Shown piece after piece: positions 30,983-39,259 of a stretch of DNA of 64,000 nt (within the stretch, counting starts at the first letter, position 1; the number at the start of each line of letters is the position of its first letter). Under the pieces are notes generated by a model, which saw nothing but the letters and a program-made list of their open reading frames with translations, searched no databases and had not been told where the DNA came from. Origin of the DNA: an uncultured Pelagibacteraceae bacterium (lineage in GTDB: Bacteria > Pseudomonadota > Alphaproteobacteria > Pelagibacterales > Pelagibacteraceae). Both the position numbers and the translations under genes were made by a program. The stretch lies in assembly GCA_902527635.1 (NCBI GenBank), contig CABZPS010000002.1, forward strand, positions 2,125-66,124, read 5' to 3'.

Positions 30983-31954
30983 ATGAAATTTATAAAATAC
31001 TTGTCAATTATTTTAGTTTCATCAATTTTGTCAATTAATTCTTCTTTTGCAGAAAAATGGGACATGGCACTGGCTTATGGTGCAGGTAATTTTCACTCTG
31101 CAAACGCAACTGAATTTGCAAAAAATGTAACTGAAAAAAGTGGTGGAAAACTTACAATAGTTACTCATCCTGGTGGCTCATTATTTAAAGGCGGAGAAAT
31201 CTTTAGAGCTGTGAGAACTGGTCAAGCTCAAATTGGAGAGAGATTTATGTCAGCTTTAGGTAAAGAGGATCCTTTACTGGAAGTAGATTCACAGCCATTC
31301 TTGGCAACATCTTACTCGGATGCAATGAAATTATACAAAGCATCCAAAGCTGAGATCATCAAAGGCTTAGATGAAAAAGGTTTGGTATTTCTTTACGCTG
31401 TGCCATGGCCAGCACAAGGATTGTATAGTAAAAAGGAAATCAACTCTGTCAATGACCTTAAAGGTCTAAAGTTTAGAGCATACAACTCTGCAACAATCAG
31501 AATCGCTGAACTAACGGGTATGGCGCCAACAAAAATTGAAGCTGCTGAAATTAGTCAAGCATTTTCTACAGGTGCTGTTGAAAGTATGATCACTTCTCCT
31601 ACGACAGGAAAAAACTCTAAAATATGGGAAAACGGTGTGAAATATTTTTATGATATAGCAGCTTGGTTTCCAAAAAATATGGTGATTGTAAACAAAGATG
31701 CTTGGAATAAACTTGATCAGTCAACAAAAGATATAGTGATGAAACAAGCAGCTTTAGCAGAGAGAAAAGGCTGGCAATTATCAAAAAAAGGGAATGTCGG
31801 GGACAAAAAAGCTTTAGCTAACGCTGGAATGGTAGTAGGTAATGTAAATGCATCTTTACAAGCTCATTTTGAAAAAGTAGGTCAGACGATGGCAAAGGAA
31901 TGGTCTCAAAAAGCTGGTTCAAGAGGAGCAGCCGTTTTATCAAGTTATAAATAA
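30983..31954 (+). CDS. dctP: TRAP transporter substrate-binding protein, probable pyroglutamate binder
   Basis: Signal peptide, DLKGLKFRAY (conserved Arg), PWPAQG, QAFSTG; SD GGAGG. Confidence 0.88.
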   Translation: MKFIKYLSIILVSSILSINSSFAEKWDMALAYGAGNFHSANATEFAKNVTEKSGGKLTIVTHPGGSLFKGGEIFRAVRTGQAQIGERFMSALGKEDPLLEVDSQPFLATSYSDAMKLYKASKAEIIKGLDEKGLVFLYAVPWPAQGLYSKKEINSVNDLKGLKFRAYNSATIRIAELTGMAPTKIEAAEISQAFSTGAVESMITSPTTGKNSKIWENGVKYFYDIAAWFPKNMVIVNKDAWNKLDQSTKDIVMKQAALAERKGWQLSKKGNVGDKKALANAGMVVGNVNASLQAHFEKVGQTMAKEWSQKAGSRGAAVLSSYK

Positions 31955-31965
31955 TCAAATTTTAA

Positions 31966-31998
31966 TTAAGGCCACCAAAGAATATTGGGTGGCCTTAA
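31966..31998 (+). terminator. Stem-loop between dctP and dctQ (mRNA stabiliser or partial terminator)
   Basis: TTAAGGCCACC-N11-GGTGGCCTTAA. Confidence 0.65.
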
Positions 31999-32004
31999 AT
32001 TATT

Positions 32005-32487
32005 ATGTTTAAAATCTTAAATAAAAATTTAAATAAACTTTATAAATTTTCTGGATATATCGCAGCAGCATTTCTAGTTTTGGTGGCAGTATTTATTTTG
32101 ATAGGAATTTCATCAAGAATATTTGGTTTTTATATTAGAGGTCTTGCAGAATACTCAGGTTACTGTATGGCTGCAGCATCTTTTTTTGCATTAGCTTATA
32201 CATTTGTTGAAAATGGTCATATAAGAATTACTCTTTTTTTAGAAAAATTATCAGGGTTAAAAAGAAAATTTATAGAAATCTGGTGTCTAAGTGTAGCAAC
32301 TTTTTTTTCAGGTTACTTAGCATTTTATTTTATTAAAATGTTAATTATTTCGTACAAATTTCAAGAAAGAAGTGAAGGTGCAGATGAAATTTTAATTTGG
32401 ATTCCTCAAACTAGCGTAGCAATAGGTTCTTTCATTTTCTTTATATGTGTTTTTCATCAACTTATTTTGATATTTAAAAAAAGTTAA
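32005..32487 (+). CDS. dctQ: TRAP transporter small permease
   Basis: 4 TM segments, GHIRI motif, position between dctP and dctM. Confidence 0.88.
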   Translation: MFKILNKNLNKLYKFSGYIAAAFLVLVAVFILIGISSRIFGFYIRGLAEYSGYCMAAASFFALAYTFVENGHIRITLFLEKLSGLKRKFIEIWCLSVATFFSGYLAFYFIKMLIISYKFQERSEGADEILIWIPQTSVAIGSFIFFICVFHQLILIFKKS

Positions 32488-33798
32488 ATGGCTGAAATTT
32501 TATTAACTATATTTTTTATTAGTGTTTTATTATTTTTTCTTGGTTCAGGTATTTGGGTTGCATTGAGCATGATTGGAGTATCTGCGATTGGTATGATGTT
32601 ATTTACATCAAGACCAGTTGGAGACGCAATGGCAACAACAATATGGGGGACTTCATCGTCATGGACTCTCACAGCATTACCTTTATTTGTTTGGATGGGA
32701 GAAATTTTATTTAGAACAAGACTTTCTGAGAATTTGTTTAAAGGTTTATCTCCGTGGATGCAAAAATTACCCGGAGGTTTAATTCACGTAAATGTAGTCG
32801 GTTGTGCTTTATTTGCTGCAATTTCAGGTTCCTCTGCAGCCACAGTTGCAACTGTAGGGAAGATGTCTATACCTGAGTTAAGAAAAAGAAATTATCCTGA
32901 AAAAATTTTACTGGGTAGTCTTGCTGGTTCTGGAACACTAGGCTTATTGATTCCTCCATCAATAATTTTGATTATTTATGGGGTAGCTGTTCAAGAGTCT
33001 ATTGCAAAATTATTTATAGCAGGAATCTTACCCGGAATAATGATTGCATTGATTTTTATGTCATATGTTATTTTCTGGTCTTTAATAAACAAAAAACAAA
33101 TGCCCAAAATTATTGAGGAATATTCAATTTTTGAAAAGATAAAAAGATCTAAACAACTTTTACCTGTAATTTTTTTAATTTCTGCAGTTATAGGTTCAAT
33201 ATATACCGGCATAGCTACTGCAACTGAGGCAGCATCCTTGGGAGTTGTTGGAGCATTAATTTTGTCTTATTTTCAAAAAAGTTTAACTTTAGAAACTTTT
33301 AAAACATCCCTATTAGGGGCAACAAAAACATCCTGCATGATTGCATTTATCTTAGCAGGCTCAACTTTCCTATCTCTAGCAATGGGTTTTACAGGTTTGC
33401 CTAGAAACTTGGCTGTGTGGATTCAAAATATGGATTTATCTCCTTATGTATTAATTTTTGTTTTAATGATTTTTTATATAATTTTAGGGATGTTTCTTGA
33501 CGGTATCTCGGCGGTAGTATTGACGATGGCTATTATAGAACCAATGATTAGACAAGCGGGTTTTGACATGATTTGGTTTGGTATATTCTTGGTTATCGTT
33601 GTAGAGATGGCCCAAATAACACCACCTGTGGGTTTTAATTTATTTGTTCTGCAAGGTATGGCAAATAAAGACATGGGCTATATTGCTCGAAGTGCGTTTC
33701 CATTGTTTTTGTTAATGGTTCTAGCCGTTATATTAGTTGTAATTTTCCCAGAGATTGCTTTATGGCTACCAGAGCAGATGATTAAAAATATTAATTAA
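32488..33798 (+). CDS. dctM: TRAP transporter large permease
   Basis: ALPLFV, SGSSAAT, GTLGLLIPPS, ITPPVG. Confidence 0.93.
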   Translation: MAEILLTIFFISVLLFFLGSGIWVALSMIGVSAIGMMLFTSRPVGDAMATTIWGTSSSWTLTALPLFVWMGEILFRTRLSENLFKGLSPWMQKLPGGLIHVNVVGCALFAAISGSSAATVATVGKMSIPELRKRNYPEKILLGSLAGSGTLGLLIPPSIILIIYGVAVQESIAKLFIAGILPGIMIALIFMSYVIFWSLINKKQMPKIIEEYSIFEKIKRSKQLLPVIFLISAVIGSIYTGIATATEAASLGVVGALILSYFQKSLTLETFKTSLLGATKTSCMIAFILAGSTFLSLAMGFTGLPRNLAVWIQNMDLSPYVLIFVLMIFYIILGMFLDGISAVVLTMAIIEPMIRQAGFDMIWFGIFLVIVVEMAQITPPVGFNLFVLQGMANKDMGYIARSAFPLFLLMVLAVILVVIFPEIALWLPEQMIKNIN

Positions 33799-34292
33799 TA
33801 TTTAGAAACTTTTTCTCCAGCTATAATTGCTTTCAAGTCACCGTACTCTTTACAATCGCAACCTTTTAAAACTTCCAATCTTTCAATTGCAAGATTATGT
33901 CTATTTGTTGCTACGTAAAGTTCACCTAAATATTCATTAATACCAATGTGATAAGGACTGATAGCCAAACCTTGAAGATAATATTTTTCTCCATTTTTAA
34001 AATCACCTAGTTTTCTAGATGTGAAGCCTAAATAATTCAAAGTATCTGGTTTATTTGGTTTTTTATTATTTGATTTAATTAAAAGTTTAAAAGCTTTTTC
34101 GTAGTTAGACTTGGCTTTATCACTTTTACCTTTTTTCTCATTTTTTTTGGCAGTCTTAATTAATTTAACCGCCTTTTCATAATTCGATTTTGTTACAGTT
34201 CCACCGCTACTGCTGTCACTTGATCCAGCTGAATAAGAATTAGTCGTTAAAGCTAAGGACAGTAAAAGTGTAAAAAATATTTTTTTAATCAT
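33795..34292 (-). CDS. Exported TPR-repeat protein
   Basis: Signal peptide, NYLGFTSRKLG and EYLGELY TPR helices, CxC near C-terminus. Confidence 0.7.
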   Translation of the reverse strand: MIKKIFFTLLLSLALTTNSYSAGSSDSSSGGTVTKSNYEKAVKLIKTAKKNEKKGKSDKAKSNYEKAFKLLIKSNNKKPNKPDTLNYLGFTSRKLGDFKNGEKYYLQGLAISPYHIGINEYLGELYVATNRHNLAIERLEVLKGCDCKEYGDLKAIIAGEKVSKY

Positions 34293-35064
34293 TTTTAAAT
34301 TTACTCATATTATTTAAATTTTTTAATTTAAGTCCATCATCCAGTAAGCTTTGTTTTATTGACCTAGCTGTAACTAACGAACTAATATTGTCTCCATGTA
34401 TACAAACAGAGTCGATTTCACAAGGTATTTGCTTTCCACTGTGACAATTAAGCGACTGATTTTTAACCATACTTAAAACGTGTATTTTTGCTTGCTCTGG
34501 ATCTGTAATTAAAGCATGAGGTTTTTTTCGGGAAACAAGATTACCGTCGTCCTCATAATTTCTGTCCGCAAATATCTCGCAAGCTATTTTCATACCAAGT
34601 TTTTTCGCAGCTTCCTCCATTTTAGATCCAGTTGGAACCAAATAAATCAAATCTTTGCTAATTCCTTTTATACTTTTTGCAAGTATTGTTGCTAAATCAA
34701 TATTTTCACATGCCATATTATTTAAAGCTCCATGAGGCTTGATATGTGTAACGTTTTCTCCTTGTTCTAATGCTATTTTTTGAAGAATCTCGTATTGATC
34801 CATTATAAGTTTTTCAATTTGTGAGTCAGATAAATTCATTCTTTCTCTTCCAAAATTTTCTGGATCATTGAAAGATGGATGCGCACCAATACTTACACCA
34901 TTTTTTTTTGATATTTCTATGACTTGGCTCATAGTTTCCTCATCACCAGCATGATATCCACAAGCAATATTTGCAGAATTAACTATTTCCAATAATTCTG
35001 GATCATGTTTATTTGAATGGTGTTTTGATTTTTCTCCTAAATCACAATTTATATTAATTTCCAT
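34285..35064 (-). CDS. pxpA: 5-oxoprolinase subunit A (LamB/YcsF)
   Basis: NCDLGE, ANIACGYHAGD, GAHPS, HIKPHGAL, FADR, CIHGD; start at MEININ. Confidence 0.93.
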   Translation of the reverse strand: MEININCDLGEKSKHHSNKHDPELLEIVNSANIACGYHAGDEETMSQVIEISKKNGVSIGAHPSFNDPENFGRERMNLSDSQIEKLIMDQYEILQKIALEQGENVTHIKPHGALNNMACENIDLATILAKSIKGISKDLIYLVPTGSKMEEAAKKLGMKIACEIFADRNYEDDGNLVSRKKPHALITDPEQAKIHVLSMVKNQSLNCHSGKQIPCEIDSVCIHGDNISSLVTARSIKQSLLDDGLKLKNLNNMSKFKND

Positions 35065-35091
35065 AATTATAAGTGTTAAGTATATCATGGC

Positions 35092-35766
35092 ATGATAAAA
35101 AATATATTAAATCTTGGTGACGCGGCATTATATTGTGACTTTGGTAAAGAGATAAATAGAGAAACCAATACTCATGTAATTAGATATTTCAAAAGTATCC
35201 AGAAAGAAAATATAATATCAATAAATAATTTATCTCCCTCTTATAATAAATTAATAATTTCTTTTGATTTAAAAAAAACGAATTTTAAAGATTTAAAAAG
35301 ATTAATAGAAAACCTTGATATTACGAATGAAGATGATCTAGAAAATAAAAAAATTGAAGTTCCAGTATGTTGTGACGAAAATTTTGCTTTAGATATAGTG
35401 AGATTGGAGAACAAACTTAATCTTAAAAGAGAAAAAATTTACGAAAATTTTTTTAGTAAAGAATTCTTTTGTTATATGACAGGCTTTATTGCGGGAATGC
35501 CTTTTTTAGGGGATTTATCCAAAAATATGAGAGCAAAGCGTCTAGAAACTCCCAGAGTTAGAGTTCCAAAAGGATCAGTAGCTCTGACTGAACAGTTTGC
35601 AAATATTTATACTTTTGAAAGTCCAGGTGGATGGAATGTTATTGGCAATAGTCCATTAAGAATATTTGATAGCTCAAAAAAAGAAAACCCAAATTTAATA
35701 AATCAAGGTGATATTGTTTTATTTAAAGAAATATCAAAAAATCAATATGAAAATTATAATGAGTAA
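35092..35766 (+). CDS. pxpB: 5-oxoprolinase subunit B
   Basis: GDAAL, GFIAGMPFLG, PRVRVPKGSV, SPGGWNVIG. Confidence 0.88.
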   Translation: MIKNILNLGDAALYCDFGKEINRETNTHVIRYFKSIQKENIISINNLSPSYNKLIISFDLKKTNFKDLKRLIENLDITNEDDLENKKIEVPVCCDENFALDIVRLENKLNLKREKIYENFFSKEFFCYMTGFIAGMPFLGDLSKNMRAKRLETPRVRVPKGSVALTEQFANIYTFESPGGWNVIGNSPLRIFDSSKKENPNLINQGDIVLFKEISKNQYENYNE

Positions 35767-36706
35767 AAATTATTTTCAAGTTATCAGAGCAGGAATTAAC
35801 ACTACTTTTCAAGATGAGGGTCGAAAAAATCTTTACCATGTTGGAATTCCTTTTAGTGGAGCAATGGATAAAAGAAATTATTTATTATCAAATAAACTCG
35901 TTGGTAATAAAATGAACTCACCTGTTTTAGAATTTGCGTATCAAGGTCCTTTACTCAAGTATTTTGGAAATAGAATAGATATTGCAATCACAGGTGACAT
36001 AAATTTTAAAATAAAAAAAAGAAATACAATTATTGATGGTAACTGTTATGAATCTTTAAATTTAGAAAATGGTGATGAAGTAGATATTTTATCAACCAAT
36101 AAGTCTGTCTATGGATATTTAGCTATTGGTGGTCAAATAGATTTAAAATATCAATGGTCTAGCTGCTCTACAAATACTAAGGCAATTATTGGTGCGAATG
36201 ATGGTAAAAAATTTGAGAATGAACAAAAGATACATATTTCAAAATTGAACAATCATTTAGTAGAAAAAAAATTAAATTATATAAATACTAAAATAGAAAA
36301 TATTAGAATAATTAAAGGAACAAATTTTGATTATTTTTCAGACAAAGGAAAAAAAATCTTTCTAGAAAATGAATTTATTGTTTCAAAGTTAACTGATCGT
36401 ATGGGTATGAGGTTGGAAGGACCAAAGATAGAGAATATAGTTGACACTAACATCAAATCAGAAGGGTTAGTAAAAGGAGTAATACAAGTTACTGCAGATG
36501 GTAATCCTATTATTATGCTTTCAGACCATGGGACCATAGGAGGCTATCCAAAAATAGGAGTAGTAATAAGCGCCGATTACGACAAATTAGTTCAAATATC
36601 ACCTGGTTCTAAAATAAAGTTTAAGCAGGTTGATTTATCTAGTGCAGAAAATTTATTTAAGTTATATGACTTAGAAACTCAAAATTTAATTTCTCAAATT
36701 GAATGA
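35759..36706 (+). CDS. pxpC: 5-oxoprolinase subunit C
   Basis: QDEGR, GAMD, DRMGMRL, GTIGGYPKI; start at MSKNYF. Confidence 0.88.
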   Translation: MSKNYFQVIRAGINTTFQDEGRKNLYHVGIPFSGAMDKRNYLLSNKLVGNKMNSPVLEFAYQGPLLKYFGNRIDIAITGDINFKIKKRNTIIDGNCYESLNLENGDEVDILSTNKSVYGYLAIGGQIDLKYQWSSCSTNTKAIIGANDGKKFENEQKIHISKLNNHLVEKKLNYINTKIENIRIIKGTNFDYFSDKGKKIFLENEFIVSKLTDRMGMRLEGPKIENIVDTNIKSEGLVKGVIQVTADGNPIIMLSDHGTIGGYPKIGVVISADYDKLVQISPGSKIKFKQVDLSSAENLFKLYDLETQNLISQIE

Positions 36707-37575
36707 ACTTAATCAAAACAATACCTGGACCTATTCTGGTTTTTTTTGGTGCTATAAGCTTAAGTTTTGGAGGATTAATTGTTAAGTCTTTTGAGGGCTC
36801 GACGCTCTGGCAAATTTTATTTTGGCGATCATTTTTCTTTATAATTGTTGTTAGTTTTTTTCTTTTATTCACTTATAAAAAAAAATTTTTTAGTGCTTTA
36901 TCTAAATCCGGAATTCCTGGATTTGTTGGTGGGGCTATTTTATCTTTAGGTTTTGCTAGTTATGTATTTGCTATGTACAAAACTACTGTGGCAAATACAA
37001 ATTTTATTATTCAAACACAAACTCTTTTTTTGGCAATTTTTGGTTATTTTTTTTTGAAGGAGAAAATATCTAAACTTACTTTTTTTTGTATATTGCTTGC
37101 TATCTCGGGTATTATTTTGATGCTCGGAACTTCAATCTCTCCCGGTGAAATGATAGGCAATCTTGTGGCATTTGTAATGCCAATCTCTTTTGCAATTTTA
37201 ATATTAATAGTAAGAAAGTTTCCTGAGGTCGATATGATTCCACTTCAATTAGTGGCAGGTTTATTTGCAATGATAATTGGATTATTAATGTCGCCAACAA
37301 TAATTATATCTTCAAAAGATATTTTTTTGGGGTTTTTAGCAGGTTTTTTTCAATTAGGTTTCGGTTTTATACTTATTACTATTGGGGCAAGGTCAACTCC
37401 TTCGGCTTTTGTTGGTATAATAATGTTAATAGAAGCTGTTCTAGGTCCATTGTGGGCCTGGATGTTTGCAAATGAGAATCCACCTATGTTTGTTTTAGTT
37501 GGGGGCTCAATAGTTATTACTGCAGTAGTTTTGCAGTTTTTGAATAAATTTTTAACTAAAAAGAAAGCATATTAA
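36703..37575 (+). CDS. DMT/EamA family transporter
   Basis: About 10 TM segments in two repeats, LKEKI, E.VLGPLW.W…E.P. Confidence 0.82.
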   Translation: MNLIKTIPGPILVFFGAISLSFGGLIVKSFEGSTLWQILFWRSFFFIIVVSFFLLFTYKKKFFSALSKSGIPGFVGGAILSLGFASYVFAMYKTTVANTNFIIQTQTLFLAIFGYFFLKEKISKLTFFCILLAISGIILMLGTSISPGEMIGNLVAFVMPISFAILILIVRKFPEVDMIPLQLVAGLFAMIIGLLMSPTIIISSKDIFLGFLAGFFQLGFGFILITIGARSTPSAFVGIIMLIEAVLGPLWAWMFANENPPMFVLVGGSIVITAVVLQFLNKFLTKKKAY

Positions 37576-37611
37576 ACATTTATGTTTATGTTAATTTATG
37601 ATATAAGGAAA

Positions 37612-37762
37612 ATAATTACGGGAGAGACTACTAATTTTTGTAGCGCCGAAGGAGCAACCGCCCAGGAATCTCTCAGGCAAAATGGACCGTAACATATTAA
37701 CTCTGGAAAGAGATTAAATTCTCGCCGAAGGAGCAAAACTCTCAGGCAAATATACAGATGGG
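37612..37762 (+). ncRNA. Tandem glycine riboswitch
   Basis: Two aptamers each with GGA(G/A)AG…CGCCGAAGGAGCAA…CTCTCAGG; first P1 TTACGG/CCGTAA; directly upstream of gcvT. Confidence 0.95.
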
Positions 37763-37775
37763 TAAAAGAGTTAAT

Positions 37776-38879
37776 ATGGATACAAAAAAAACATCGCTTT
37801 ATCAATTACATCAAGACAGCAAAGCAAAATTTGTAGATTTTGCAGGATATCAAATGCCAATTCAATATTCTGAGGGTATTGTTGAAGAACATAGGTTCAC
37901 AAGAAACCATTCTGGTATTTTTGATGTTTCACACATGGGTCAATTATTTATCTATGGCCAAGAAGATTTAGTTGATGATCTAGAGAGGATTTTCCCATTA
38001 GACTTAAAAAATTTAAAACTAAATCACTCAAAATATAGTTTTTTAATGAGTGACAATGCTGGAATTTACGATGATTTAATAATTACTAAAATTAAAGATG
38101 GCTTTTTAATAATTCTAAATGCTGCTTGTAAAGAAAATGATTTCAAAATTTTAAAGGCGCTATTAAATAATAAGTATAAAATGATTTTAGATGAAGAAAG
38201 ATCTTTAATTGCAATCCAAGGACCTAAATCTGTGCAAATTCTTAAAAGTGTTATTCAAGGTGTTGAAAATTTAAATTTCATGTCAGGCAATTGGTTTACA
38301 TTGGATTATCACAATATTTATGTTACAAGATCAGGATACACAGGTGAAGATGGTTTCGAGGTATCAATAACTAATGAATTTGCAGATAGGTTTACAAGAA
38401 GATTAATTGATAAAGGTGCAAAATTAATCGGTCTTGGAGCACGTGATACCTTAAGATTGGAAGCTGGTTTATGCTTATATGGACACGAATTAAGTAAAGA
38501 CAAGACTCCAGTTGAGGCAAATTTGAAATGGGCTATTTCAAAAGAGAGAATTTTAAAAGGAAACTTTATTGGATCAGATATAATTACTAAACAATTAAAC
38601 AGTGGAGTGAGCAAGATAAGAGTGGGGGTAAAGCCAGAGGGAAGAATAATTGCTAGAGAAAAAACTAAAATATATAATGAATCCGATTTAGAAATTGGTG
38701 TAATAACAAGCGGAACATTTGGACCAAGTGTTAATGGCCCTGTGGCCATGGGATACGTTGAAAATGAATTTTCAAAAAAAAATACTAAAATATTTTTAGA
38801 GGTTAGAGGTAAAAAGCATCCAGCTACAATTTGCAGTTTGCCTTTTTATAAAAAAAATTATGTAAAGGGGTTTAACTAA
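37776..38879 (+). CDS. gcvT: Glycine cleavage system T protein
   Basis: [38 protein letters not shown]; start at MDTKK (the upstream ATG lies inside the riboswitch). Confidence 0.97.
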   Translation: MDTKKTSLYQLHQDSKAKFVDFAGYQMPIQYSEGIVEEHRFTRNHSGIFDVSHMGQLFIYGQEDLVDDLERIFPLDLKNLKLNHSKYSFLMSDNAGIYDDLIITKIKDGFLIILNAACKENDFKILKALLNNKYKMILDEERSLIAIQGPKSVQILKSVIQGVENLNFMSGNWFTLDYHNIYVTRSGYTGEDGFEVSITNEFADRFTRRLIDKGAKLIGLGARDTLRLEAGLCLYGHELSKDKTPVEANLKWAISKERILKGNFIGSDIITKQLNSGVSKIRVGVKPEGRIIAREKTKIYNESDLEIGVITSGTFGPSVNGPVAMGYVENEFSKKNTKIFLEVRGKKHPATICSLPFYKKNYVKGFN

Positions 38880-39259
38880 TGAGTGAAGTAAAATATTCTA
38901 AAGAACACGAGTGGATTAAATTAGAGGGAAATATAGCTACTATTGGGATAACTAAGCATGCAACAGAAATGCTTGGGGATATAGTTTTTACAGAACTTCC
39001 AGAAAAGGGATCTAATGTAGAAAAGGATGGAACAGCAGGGGTAGTTGAATCTACAAAAGCTGCAAGCGACGTATATACACCAGTAAGTGGTGAGGTTGTT
39101 GATTTGAATCAATCAATTGTCGATGACCCATCAAAAATAAATCAGGATCCAGAAAATTCTGCCTGGTTCTTTAAATTAAAAATTAAAGATAAATCAGAGA
39201 TGGATACTTTAATGAATAAAGATGAATATGATAAATTTGCTAAGGAGAGCTCCGCATAA
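38879..39259 (+). CDS. gcvH: Glycine cleavage system H protein
   Basis: [19 protein letters not shown] lipoyl-Lys motif. Confidence 0.97.
   Translation: MSEVKYSKEHEWIKLEGNIATIGITKHATEMLGDIVFTELPEKGSNVEKDGTAGVVESTKAASDVYTPVSGEVVDLNQSIVDDPSKINQDPENSAWFFKLKIKDKSEMDTLMNKDEYDKFAKESSA

Noticed and set aside
37596-37805. 69-aa minus-strand ORF upstream of gcvT
   Set aside because: Antisense to the glycine riboswitch, which explains the sequence
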